This document shows positions 24,101 through 37,000 of a stretch of DNA of 64,000 bases, one piece after another; within the stretch, counting starts at the first letter, position 1; each line of letters starts with the position of its first letter. A program made the position numbers and the translations under genes. The stretch is from Monocercomonoides exilis PA203 (taxonomy: Eukaryota; Protista; Preaxostyla). The notes below the pieces were generated by a model, which worked only from the letters and a program-made list of their open reading frames with translations, ran no database searches and was not told the origin of the DNA. The stretch lies in contig LSRY02000030.1 of the NCBI GenBank assembly GCA_001643675.2, positions 744,001 through 808,000 on the forward strand. Direction: 5' to 3'.

Positions 24101-25452
24101 CAAAAGGAGAAGAAAATATTGTTGAAAGTCGAAAAGAAGGAAAATCATCATGGTCTGCAATAATTGCGATAATATTCGTTATTTTGTTTTTAATTGTTCT
24201 TATTGTTGCTGTTCTAGCCGTTCGATGGAAGAAGACAAAGAATGAAAACAAAGATCTGAGAGAGATTGTGAATGATACAGTGAGGAAGGATCCGAAGGCA
24301 TTTGAGATGGTGACGATGGAGATGTCGCCAGAGGAGCAATGGAGGAGAGCAGAGAAAGAGGCAGAGAAGAAGAATGATGAGAGGATAAAGAAAAGAATAT
24401 ATGAGACGAATATGGAGCATTTTGAGTCATCAGAGCATCTTCTGTCTGAGAGTGGCTCAACCGAATACATTTTGGGGAGAGATTCAGACAAGATTCCAGA
24501 ATGGATGCTGGAGAAAGTTGATGAAGAAGAGACAAGGAAGAGAACACCATCTCCATCTGTCTCATCCACTTCAACAACTGATTCAGATTCAACATTTGTT
24601 CGAAGAGAAGATCTGTGCCCAACCACATCGTCCATGTCTAATCTGGTGGATGCAATGGCCTGTTCGTCTCCTCATGAGAAGCTGATTGTGGATCTGAGGG
24701 ATTCATTGTTCATGTTGCTTCATGGGCTGAATAAAACAAAGGAGATGGCAATTGGGACTCTGCAGGAGAGGGAGCAGACAGCTGCACAGATCCTGTTCTG
24801 GGTGGCCAATCTGGCACTCCATTCATTTGACGAGATGGAAAATGGATTATCTTCTCTTTCCACTCTGAGTCCTCACATTGTTCTGTTTTCAGAACACATG
24901 GTGATCTGCATTGTCATGCACTCTGATCTCCTTTCTTCTGATGATTCAGACTCATCATCCATCTCTTCATCAACTGTTGTGACATCTGCTAGTGATGATG
25001 ATGACAGTGATTCACTTCCCTCGTCTGCATTTGAGGATGAGAGCCTTTTCAAAAAAGAGTGCCTGAGGTAGATGGCGCCAGAGCTGCTGATGAACAAGAA
25101 GATGGGAGCAACAAAGGAGTCAGTTGCTTTTTCGATTGGGATGATGTTGTGGGAATGCTTGACTCTTCAAATTCCGTTTGGGGAGTATGAAGGGGAGGTG
25201 GCAGGGCAGAAGATTGTGAATGGGGAGAGACCATGCTTGGAAACTTTTCATTTATCAACGTTCTTTGAGTTAGTAAAATCAAATTTATCAATAAATTCGG
25301 ATGAGAGAACTGGTTTAGGAAACATAAAACGAAAGTTAATTCAGCATTTCCCTGCAAACGTAGCTACATTTACAATATCTGATGCAGTTGATGTTTTTGA
25401 GAGTCGGAAGGAAATAAATTGTAGTCTTAATGAAGCATTAATTGAAAAATAG
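18103..25452 (+). pseudogene. Giant beta-helix surface receptor with TM and pseudokinase (copy A), disrupted
   Basis: Colinear ORF fragments 18103-18378, 18493-18870, 18833-19168, 19193-20869, 20893-21207, 21343-25071 and 25072-25452. GGAI/GGG..Y and CG...PC repeats, TM AIIAIIFVILFLIVLIVAVLAV, kinase-like C-lobe. Several frameshifts and two in-frame TAGs. Confidence 0.85.
24595..25232. repeat. About 638-bp block identical (inverted) to 34296-34933
   Basis: Direct comparison by eye; the antisense 74-aa ORFs 24873-25097 and 34431-34655 are also identical. Confidence 0.9.
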
Positions 25453-26082
25453 TTTATATGATTCCATTGCTTGAATTCGGATTTCAAATTTCAATAATAT
25501 TGAGTAAGAGAATTTTACAAACGAAACCAGTAATGAGATTTGTGAAAATGAGGATTACAGCTTATTTTTTTTTTTTAAAAAAAAAATGTCAAGTTTCTAT
25601 TTGTATTAATAATGAAAGAATTAAAATACTTTGAGCTTTTGTAAAGAAGAATCCAAGTTAAGTGATATTATTTTATAGATTTTTTTTGAATAATTTTATT
25701 ATTTAAATTTTCCATTTCACCTTTGTATATGTATTTATTATTCTATTCTCATATATTTCTTATCATTTTCCATCTTTCTTAATTAATGTGATTGTCCCAT
25801 TGTAAATATTTTTTCATTTTTATTTGCTTCAGAAATGTTTATTTCTGATATATTCTCAATTTTATGCAGAAGTGACAATCTGTTTCAAACGGTAATTATG
25901 TAATTTAAGTTTTGAAAAATTGCAGATGCGTTCTGTAATAATTGTGCTTGCATTCGCAGATAGCTATTTAACTTTTGGGCAGCAACAATTGCGAAATGCT
26001 TGCTTTTTCGCAACTTTCTATTTCCTTTATCGATCTTGTTTGGCAAGTTCTGATAGGGTCAATTATTTATCTATTTGTGACA

Positions 26083-27273
26083 ATGTTTAATCCAATTCAA
26101 AACTGTAATTCACTTTGTTGCAGTGATTCTCAGAAAGATGAGCTTGCTGATCAAATGGAATTGACGATATTCTTTTTTGATTGGTATGCCATATGTTTTG
26201 TAATTGTATTTGATTTGAATTATTTTGAAATATTAACGGATAATTTGATGTTGCATAGGGATGATACTCTTTTGGCCAGTAGCACAATTTTCAAAAAGCA
26301 TTATATTAATCAAGAATTTGTTGTTGATCAAGAATCGGAAAAAGAGTTTTGCTTACTCGATAATGAAGTTTCAGATATTTTATCTCGTTGCTTGCAGCAC
26401 ACTTCAAATGTTTTCATTGTTACCAACGCTGAGGTTTGTAATTACCAATTGATCTTATTTCTTCTGTTTTGACAACAAGTTTTGTTATTGCTGTATTGTT
26501 ATTTTAAGCAAGGCTGGGTTGAACTAAGTTCTTCTCGATTTCTGCCAAAAACTCATTCAATTTTGGACAAAATTACGATTGTGTCTGCACGTTCAACGTA
26601 TGAAGCTGTATTTCCAGGGCAACCGAACATGGTGCGTTTTTTGAGAAAAAAAATTGCTTTTTATATTCGAAATTTGAATTTTTCTTTGTGCTTTTTGCGA
26701 GTCTTAAGTAAAAAATTAATGTTTTTAAAATGAATAAAAAATTTGTTTATTGAATATGTTTTTTCTATACACTTTTTATTCTAATTTTTCATATTTTCTT
26801 CTTTTTAAGTGGAAACTTAATGTGTTTCGAGAGAAGATTGAGAAGACGGTTTCAGAAAATGATGATAGAGTGTCTCCCTGCTGCTCTTCTAGAACTGCAT
26901 TGTCTGATGCTCTTAATGACACTGCGGTTGGGTCATCGACAACTTTGTGCCATCCTTCAAGCTCTGCATCATCATCATCATCGACACAGCAAAATTCATC
27001 TGTTTTTTCATTTTCTAATTCCACAGCTTCATCATCATCATCATCTTCTTCTACTAATTCTTCTTCTCCCGCATCATCATCTCCATCTTCTCCGACAAAC
27101 CATATTTCATCGCCTTGTGCAATCAATGTGATTAGCTTCGGAGATTCTGAATGCGAAAGAGAAGCTTTACAGTCTGTTAGACAGCTGTGCTCTCCAAATG
27201 CAAAGTGTGACTGGTTTTCTTTTCTTTTCTTTTCTTTTCTTTTATTTCATTTAATTTTTAATTTTTAATTTTT

Positions 27274-27312
<39 letters not shown>

Positions 27313-28867
27313 CATTTATTTGCATTTTATTATTATTATCATTTCCTCTTGAAATATCATTCTAAATATTCTCTTCAAAAACAACCTCAGATTCAAGTCA
27401 ATCAAGTTCATCCCGACTCCAACACTGAAGGAGATCAAGAAGCAGCTGGAGGTTGTGTCTTCTTCTTTGCACTCCATCGTCACACACCCAGACTCACTCG
27501 ATTTGGCCCTTGTTTCCTGGAAGGAGGTGGACGACGAGGCGAAAGAAGAAAGCGCCCTGTCAAATGGATGCTTTGAAGGAGAAGCAGCATCCAGTGAGCT
27601 TGACGAGGTGCCTGCTTCTGCTTCTGCTTCTGCTTCTTCTGCTCCTTCAACAGCATCTTCATTGACACATTCCTCTGTCTTTTCTGCTCCACCGCCTCCT
27701 CCTCCACCACCACCTCCTCCTCCTCTTTCATCATCATCTTCTTCCATTTCTTCTTCTTCTCCTCCTCCTCCTTCCTCTTCTTCTTTGCTCTCCACTACAC
27801 GAACATCCTCTCAATCTTCTGCATTTGGAAATAACATCAGCAGCAAAAACAGCAAGAAAAGCAGTGTCGAATGTGCTGTTGGAGATGAAAACAGAAGCGA
27901 ACAAAGAGAAAAACAAGAAATGATTAGAAATCCAAAAGATGGCTTGATGTCGAGTGCAGGAGAAAGCAAAAGCAGAAGAGAACTGGAGGAGAAGATGAGG
28001 AAGAAGGAAGAAAGAGAGATCGAAGAAGCGAAAGAGGAGATGGAGCATGAGCAGCTTGTGGAAAGCCAGAGAAGAAAGGCAAAAGCCCTCTCAAACACGA
28101 AAGTTGAGAAAAGAATTGAGCGTGCTGAGATTCCATCAGAGGAGAACGAAGAGTTTTCAGACGAAGATGTCTCGAAGTATCTGCAGGATAAGACAGCTGA
28201 CTTTTCACAAGCTGATTCGTCTTCTTCATTGTCTCCTTCTCCTTCTCCTTCTCCTTCTTCTTCTTCTTCTTCAGCTCCCAATATGTTTTCCCCTTTCTCC
28301 TCAGTTTTCCGAAGCGCTTCTTCTTCTTATTCTTCTTCAACTTCAACAATATCATCCATATCTCAGCCTCCTTATTCACTGCCCACTCAATCTGATGCAC
28401 AGCCCCATTCTATTCATCTTCCTCCTCCACCATCTTCAATTGCAGCATCATCTTTATCATCCATCACCACCACCCCTTCCTCTTCATCATCTTCTTCCTC
28501 TTCCTCTTCCTCTTCCTCTTTCTCCTCCGAAAAGCAGCAGACATCCAAATTGTCTACGCCGAAGCTCCCTATTGTGAGAGAGAACGAGGCGAATGCAATA
28601 CTCAAAGAAGATGGAATCGAAGATGGAGAAGGAGAAAACGAAAGAATGACAGAAATTATTAAGCAAGCAAAACAGTTGGAATCGGAGAAATTTTCCAAGA
28701 AAAAAACATCCTCCTCTTCTTCCTCTTCTTCATCATCATTCTCGCCTTCTCCGTCTTCATCATCCACATCAAATTCGTCGTCGTCTTCTTCTTCAAATAT
28801 GTCGCTTCCGCAGTCATCTTCTTCTCTGATTCAGTCTCTTGTCGGTCCACATGCCTCTGGCCATTGA
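26083..28867 (+). CDS. Conserved protist HAD-superfamily-like protein with a Ser/Pro-rich tail; multi-exon
   Basis: Splicing intron 26184-26258 gives FFDWDDTL (HAD motif I). Later motifs: IVTNAE-GWVELS, IVSARSTYE, WKLNVF, NVISFGDSECEREAL, FKSIKF. Confidence 0.8.
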
Positions 28868-29435
28868 TTGGGTCATCTTTTCATGCACGCTATATTTTTC
28901 TAGTTTTTTTTAAACTTGCACATTTTTACTTTATAATTTTTTTTGGCTTGATTTTGTTCTCTTTTATTATCTTGAATTTTTGTGTTGCTCTAACAGCAAA
29001 TTTGATGGTTTTATTAGAATGGTTGCTTGTACACTTTTCTTTTTGTCACGTCAAGCTTTTGAGAAATATGTATGCTACTTATTGGAAATTTAAAAATGGA
29101 ATCTTTTGATTTTTAATTCATACTTCGCTGAATCTTTTCTTATCTTATCTTTTCTTTTTGAATTGTGTTCAACACCGTCAAAAATTAAGAAAAATACAAT
29201 ATATATATTTCAAAAAAATCTCCACATTTTTGAACAATAGAATAGTACTGTTTGTGATTCTCTTTTGTTTTTTTTTCTTTATACAATTAATCATTTGTAA
29301 ATATACACCAAAAATTACTCGAAATGATAATCTTTGCAATCAAATTATTAATTTTGAATACGAATTAATAGTTTTTTCATTCAAAATAAAAAATTTGCAT
29401 TCATTTTAATCATTTTTGCATTCGAAATGAAAATA

Positions 29436-30435
29436 GGGTGATTTATAAACCCGAACATTTTTATAAACCCGGCTATTTTTTTTGTTCGTTGAAACAGAAT
29501 AAATACAACATAAAAATACAAAAAGCAAACTTCTATATGTTTATTTTACTATTTGATGGTAGAACAAAATTTTTTTTGTTTCAGTTTTAGTTTTTGATGA
29601 AGATCAAAGGAATTTTTAATTTATTTTTTATCATTTGTTTTGCTCGTTTTTAAGCAACTCTCTTTCTTTGTTTGTTTTCAATTAAAAGTTCAAGAAATAT
29701 ACATAACGAAGTTTTATAATTCCAAATGTTCTATGTTTTTATCTTTTTTTTCGAATGTTTTTCACATTTCATCATTTTTGACAAAAAATATGTAAAAATG
29801 AAAATTATCAGTTGTACAATATTTTTGGCATATTAAAAATAATATGCATGAAAAGAAATAGGTTTGCATAAAGTATTTACCATGTTGAAATGTTGAAAAA
29901 TGTTGTTGCTCATGAAGCACACATCAATTTTCGAAAATGACAAATATGCTTATTTTGTTTTCAATTAAATTTAAAATGACTTATAATGAAGAATTCCAAT
30001 GCATTTTTATCTTATTAACATATTATTGTTACACATAAATCTTGACATCAAATAAAAGTTCAGAAATTTTCATATTTTCATATTTTTTGTCAAAAATGAT
30101 GAAATGTGAAAAACATTCGAAAAAAAAGATAAAAACATAGAACATTTGGAATTATAAAACTTCGTTATGTATATTTCTTGAACTTTTAATTGAAAACAAA
30201 CAAAGAAAGAGAGTTGCTTAAAAACGAGCAAAACAAATGATAAAAAATAAATTAAAAATTCCTTTGATCTTCATCAAAAACTAAAACTGAAACAAAAAAA
30301 ATTTTGTTCTACCATCAAATAGTAAAATAAACATATAGAAGTTTGCTTTTTGTATTTTTATGTTGTATTTATTCTGTTTCAACGAACAAAAAAAATAGCC
30401 GGGTTTATAAAAATGTTCGGGTTTATAAATCACCC
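29436..30435. mobile_element. Non-autonomous foldback/MITE-like element, 1000 bp, with about 357-bp inverted arms
   Basis: 29436-29792 is the reverse complement of 30079-30435 (GGGTGATTTATAAACCCGAAC...GTTCGGGTTTATAAATCACCC); 286-bp AT-rich spacer with no ORF. Confidence 0.9.
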
Positions 30436-30602
30436 AATTTGTGTATTTTCTGAGAAAATTGATGAATATGTTTTTTTGATCGGCAAATTGTTTTGGCTAT
30501 AGAATAATTCATGAAGTGGCATTCATAAATTGAGATGCAAAATGATTCCATTATCTCACGAGCAACAAAAAGAAATCATCGTATAAAATTAAATGTTTTA
30601 TA

Positions 30603-32605
30603 GGGTTATAATTTTATCTCGACCTTTTTTTTTTATCTTGACCTTTTTTTTTTAATTAATCATTAACTTTTCCCACAATTTCATATTTTTAAAGAATTTT
30701 AAGTATATATATGAATTCAACAGATAAAAATAAATACATTTTGAAACAAACCCAATTTCGCATGGGGGGGAGATGGGGGGGTTTAGCCCCTTCATTGAAC
30801 TTCTGTGTGGAATTGGAGGGTTACATGGGGCATAAAACCTTTTGTTTGTTTAAAATGTTATTTTTCGATTTTTTTTCATTTCATCTCTATTAAAATAAAA
30901 AATTATTATGATCATAAAAATATTATTAAAAAAATGAAAATATCAACAGAAATAAAATTAAAAGAAGGAAAGAAAAAACTGCATCGTGCAATGTCATCAC
31001 TCAAGTATAGAAAATACAACAGTCGGCTTGAGCGAATGGCTCGCATCGTTGTTGATGGAGTTGTTCGTATAACTGATGCTATCAATTCTAAGGAATTTAG
31101 TCGCACTGGAATAAAAAATGCAGTTAGAGCGCTGAGAAAAGGAAGGCTTGTTGGAAAAGTTGGCAGACCTGCAGCAGTGGTGGGCGAAAAGGAACAAAGA
31201 GTAATGGATATTATTCACATTGAAGCAAAGTCTGGAACATGTTTAACTTTAAAAAAAACAAGAGAATTGGTTTATTTAATTTTTATTTAAATGTTTTAAT
31301 CATTTGTTTTTCATATGGAAAATGTAATAAACGACAACGATGATGAAGACGCACCGTTTACCGAAGTTTCAATGTCAGCCACGTATGGCTTTGTCAAGCG
31401 TCATCCGGAGCTGAAGACTGGAACGCCGAAGAATCTGGACATTAACAGACTGGCTGTTTCGTGCAGAAGTGTTTTAAAACCCTGGTACAAAACACTCGAC
31501 GAGCTGTATGAAAAGTTCCATAATTATCCAGCTTTAATTATTAACATTGACGAGTCTTCAACGCGCGTTCCCACAGACTCAAAACAGCTTGTTGTACATA
31601 CAGCAGATACAAAAGCAGGTTTTTCGAAGGAACCACCAAGAATGATAAATTCTTCATTCGTGGCAGCTGTTGCAGCGGACGGATATGCCTTTCCTTCAGT
31701 CATTTTGTGGACAAGTGCAAAGCTGCCAGAAGAGCTGAAAAGCCTGTTATCTCCAACGCTTGAGATATGGCCAAATGGAAGCGGCTGGATGGGAAACGAG
31801 TGCTTTAAAAGGCATGCTCTCACCGTTCTTCTGCCTTTCATCATCGAAAGAAGAAAGCGCATGTCACTTGAAAATCAACACATTATTCTCCTTCTTGATT
31901 CGCATGCATCTCGCGCAGATCCATCTATTTGGAGAGAATTCCAAAAACAACAAGTCGACGTTTTAACCTTCGTGCCACACAGCACACACCTCTGTCAACC
32001 ACTGGACAGAGGAGTGTTTGCTGTGTTCAAATCTGAACTGACAAACAGATTTGAGGCTCCATCTTCTTCTTCATCTTCCTCCAAACGAGCAGCAATTTCC
32101 GACGTTCAGCCTCAAGCCATCCACACTGCATTGTCTCCTTCTGTAATTCAGAAAGCTTTTGTCTGCAGTGGTGTTCTGCATAATACTTCTGGGCCAGTTC
32201 TTTTGAAACTGCCCGAATCTTCAATTTACCCTTCCATCCAGAAGAAATAGATTCAACTTTTATGGAAAAGTGATAACCGACGAAAATCTTTTAGAGAAAT
32301 GGGAAAATCATTTGAAAATGAATATTGAAAGGAAAAATGAAATGGATGAAAAGGAGAAAGATGAAGTGAAGACCGTTGTGGATGAAAAGAAAAAAATAAA
32401 AAGAAGATTTCTTTATGTGAAAAACGATGATTCTGATGAAGAAAAGAAAGATAATGCATTAAATCGAGGTGAAGGAAAAAGGAAAGTTATTAGAAGAATT
32501 AAATCTGATTTTGTTTTCTTTTTATTATGTTATTTTTTGAACTTTTCACACTTTATAATTTTTGGGTTAGAATAAAGAAAAAGGGTCAAGATAAAATAAT
32601 AACCC
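30603..32605 (+). mobile_element. pogo/Fot1-like (Tc1/mariner superfamily) DNA transposon
   Basis: TIRs GGGTTATAATTTTATCTCGACC / GGTCAAGATAAAATAATAACCC, flanked by TA on both sides; internal DDE_1 transposase. Confidence 0.92.
30934..32575 (+). pseudogene. HTH + DDE_1 (DD35D) transposase, probably inactivated
   Basis: GRP and FVKRHPEL HTH region; NIDES, SGWM, LLLDSHASR and HLCQPLD with 35 aa between the last two Asp. The intron from 31270 ends in CAT rather than CAG, and there is a frameshift near 32240 before GKVITDE. Confidence 0.85.
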
Positions 32606-34069
32606 TATTCATATACTTTTTTGGTTATTTTTTTATTTTTTGTTCAAAATGTCCGTTTTTCAGTGCTTATAACATCAGAATACTATTATCTTCGTTAACA
32701 CGAGCTGAAAAAAACACTTCATTTGAATTGAAACGCAAACAATGTGCAATTTTTCAAAAAGAACGACATAAATTTGTAAGTAACATCCATTTATTTTTAG
32801 AAATTTTTTTATCAAAAAATATTTTGTTAATTAGTACGACATTCAGTCATAATAGAAAATAATCATATTCAGTTTTGTACAACTTTTTGTGACAACAATG
32901 AATGTGTCTGTTTACAGCGTGATTGAATCTTGTCTCGACTGAACATTATTATCATTGAATAGCATGATGATGATTTTGTTTGTCTGATTTCTGCTATTTT
33001 GAATAAAAATTGGTGTTATTTCCGAAACAAAAAAATTCAAAAAAGAATGATTATCCAAATGAGAAGAAAACAGCTAATATCAATAAAAAATCAAATTTTC
33101 TTTCAAAATAAGAACACATTTCACAGCTCCAAACCAATAAAATAAGAATTCATATTTCTGAAATAAAAGAAAAAGAAATGATTAACAACAAATGATTCAA
33201 AAATGGCGAAAATAATAGGAAATTCAAAAGGTGTTGATTTGATTAAAAACTCAAAATCTAACAATTGAATTACAAATTGACATGAACTGAAAATATACAT
33301 ATCTAACGAAAAACAAATCTCAACAAACTGAAAACTCATTTACAAAATCACAGACATTTTCAAAAACAAAAAATTTCAACAAAAAATAAAAACAACAATT
33401 TAAAAGATTTTTGCAAAACGTGATAGTGATTCAACGCATCATACACACACAAAAGATTACAAAATTCTCTTTTTCACAGCAAAGCAACAGTTTTCACCTC
33501 CTTCGAATTCAATTACTTTAAGAACTCAGATTTTCATCATGAAATCAGTTCAAAAAAGGAGCCTTTCTCCAATGCTGATCAGTTCCAAAAATATGAAAGA
33601 TTTTCAAAATAAGAAAGAGGAAAATGTCAATTTTCAATTGACTGACTTTACCCAAAAAGAAAAAGACTATCCAAATACCACAAGAAAGATTGTCATTCAT
33701 ATCTCTCTTATCACATCTCCAACAAACAACTTTCCTCAATTTCATAATAATCAAGAAATTCACAACCAACAAAAATGGCTTCAAATTTCATCAAAAGAAA
33801 ACTTTCAATACAAACGAAAACAAACTCTTCTTGTTGAGGCTATTCAACCCCAACAATAATAAATCCAAAATACTGTTTGTAAACAATGCTTAAAATAAAT
33901 TCATAATCTCTGAACGAAGCTGTCAAATTCTCTCCCTTTCAAAATCCTGTTGTTTTGATTTCAGATGTTTTATGATTTTCAATTTGAATTATTGGATTTG
34001 TGCTTTCTCAATTCATCTCTTTTTTAACCCTGTGCTTTTGAATTTGAAAAAAATTAACCCATCTTCACA

Positions 34070-37000
34070 TCAATATGAATTCCATGTCACACTGGTGTCT
34101 TCAACAGCACTCCCAGGCTCATCATCTCCTTCATCGTCAATGGCATCTGACACGGTCATGATGACTGCATCCTTCGGAAAATGTTTGAAAAACTCTCTTT
34201 TCAGCCAGACAAGCGAAGGCCTGTTTGACACTTCCATCCCAACACACTGCTTCAACACTTCTGAAAAGCCGCTTCCACTCATTGCTGCAACATCAGGTCT
34301 CTCCCCATTCACAATCTTCTGCCCTGCCACCTCCCCTTCATACTCCCCAAACGGAATTTGAAGAGTCAAGCATTCCCACAACATCATCCCAATCGAAAAA
34401 GCAACTGACTCCTTTGTTGCTCCCATCTTCTTGTTCATCAGCAGCTCTGGCGCCATCTACCTCAGGCACTCTTTTTTGAAAAGGCTCTCATCCTCAAATG
34501 CAGACGAGGGAAGTGAATCACTGTCATCATCATCACTAGCAGATGTCACAACAGTTGATGAAGAGATGGATGATGAGTCTGAATCATCAGAAGAAAGGAG
34601 ATCAGAGTGCATGACAATGCAGATCACCATGTGTTCTGAAAACAGAACAATGTGAGGACTCAGAGTGGAAAGAGAAGATAATCCATTTTCCATCTCGTCA
34701 AATGAATGGAGTGCCAGATTGGCCACCCAGAACAGGATCTGTGCAGCTGTCTGCTCCCTCTCCTGCAGAGTCCCAATTGCCATCTCCTTTGTTTTATTCA
34801 GCCCATGAAGCAACATGAACAATGAATCCCTCAGATCCACAATCAGCTTCTCATGAGGAGACGAACAGGCCATTGCATCCACCAGATTAGACATGGACGA
34901 TGTGGTTGGGCACAGATCTTCTCTTCGAACAAAAGTCGAATCAGAATCGGTCGTTGAAGTGGATGAGATGGATGGCGATGGCGTTCTTTTTCTTGTCTCT
35001 TCTTCTTCATCTTTCTCCAGAATCCATTGAGGGATCTTGTCTGAGTCTCTCCCCAAAATATATTCTGTTGATCCGCTCTCAGATAGAAGATGCTCTGATG
35101 ACTCAAAATGCTCCATATTCGTCTCATATATTCTTTTCTTTATCCTCTCATCATTCTTCTTCTCTGCCTCTTTCTCTGCTCTCCTCCATTGCTCCTCTGG
35201 CGACATCTCCATCGTCACCATTTCAATCAGCTTCGGATCTTTCTTCACTGTATCATTCACAATCTCTCTCAGATCTTTATTCTCATTCTTTGCCTTTCTC
35301 CAACGAATTGTGACAATAACAGATACAATCAGAACAATCAATAGAATAACTGCCATGATTATAATAATCAACAGCCAATAAGACTTTCCTTCTTTCTCTC
35401 CTTCAACAATCCTTTCATTTCCATTTGACTGACTTTCACTCCTGTTCTTCACAATGAATGACTCAGTTGCTGATGAAGAATCTCCTTTCCCAAACACAAT
35501 CCACACACTCACTTCTGTCTCTTCTCTCACTTTCACCCATTCCGAACATGAAATGAATGTGTGAATCTCATTCTCTGACACAAACCCTTCTTCTTCAATC
35601 CCCTTTCTCACAATCTCCTCTTCATCCCCATTTTTCATGCTCATCTTCACTGAAAGATCACATGGAAGAAGCAGCTTTCCCACAATCATCAACTCCACAT
35701 CCCCATTTGGCTGTGTTATGTTCTTCACCTCTTCCAAAACAGGGATGAAAAATGATGATCCTCTTTCAGTTGCTATCCCTCCCAATTCGCATCCCTCATC
35801 CAATATCCACAATGATGAGTTGTCCTTCCATCCATCTCCCCCTTTCACACTCACAACATTCAACTCCCCATTCCCTTCACAAATCGCATTCCTTCGAGCT
35901 GATGGATATCCCTCAATCGATGGGTTGTTGTTCTCAAATTCTCCTTTCTCAATCTTCACATTCCCTCCACTCACCCACAGCCCTCCTCCCTTGCTCTTCA
36001 TAATCGTTGTTTCCCTCATCTCCACATTGCTCTTCTCAACGCCAACTAATGACCCATTCCATTTGCACAATCCCTCTTTTCTATTGTTTTCTTCATTGGC
36101 AACCTCGATTTCTTTTTCTCCATCGAACACACATGCCTCAATTCTCACATTCTTGGAATTCCTGATCTGCATCATCCTTCCCTTATCAACCGAATTCACA
36201 CACTTTCCGAATGAGCTGTTCAGCACACTCACCTCTTGTTCGGCATTATCTATCACAATCACACACCCCTCCAACAACAGAGTCACATTCACAACTCCCA
36301 TCTCTTTCATCTCCACTTTCGCTTTCCCTCCAATACTCACAATATCTCCCTCACATTTGATGTTCAAAATGCTTGTTTCATCAATTGTCACTTCTGATTC
36401 TCCATGGAATGAAAGCACTGTTCTTGTTGAATGAATATCTCTGAATGTTGAATCAAATATCTTCAGCTCTCCACTTTCCACACTCACAATTGAACTGTTC
36501 AACTTCAGTTCATCAGAAGAAAAGAAGAATTCGCATTTCTGTATCTCCATTGACCCGTTCTTCACTTTCATAAGATAATTGTGAGTTGACTCAAATCCAT
36601 CTTCAAACTGGAATGAGCACCTCTCCACTGAACATTCATTCACAAACTCCATCACACAATCCTTCTCACCTGATTTCTCTATCTTGGAGTTCAATCGAAC
36701 AATCCCCTGTGTCTTTTTCAATGAATTCACAACCAGATCTCCAATCACACACTCCTTCCTCACAAACCCTTCTCCATCAATCAGAATCGCATTCATCACC
36801 CCTTCCTGGATGTGCTCAACCCCACAGTCGATGCTGCTGCATGGATTGCTCTGTGCCCCACACTGCCTGCTATCACTCCCTCTCCCACTCACAAACACCT
36901 GTGCCGAATAATAGAATGTGATCAGCGGAATCAGATCAACACCTCCCTCGCTCCAAACATCCCTCCCACAGATCGAGTTGTTCGAGTTCAGTGACTCCTG

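Noticed and set aside
33121-33900. Short ORFs downstream of receptor copy B
   Set aside because: AT-rich and motif-less; likely 3' UTR or intergenic
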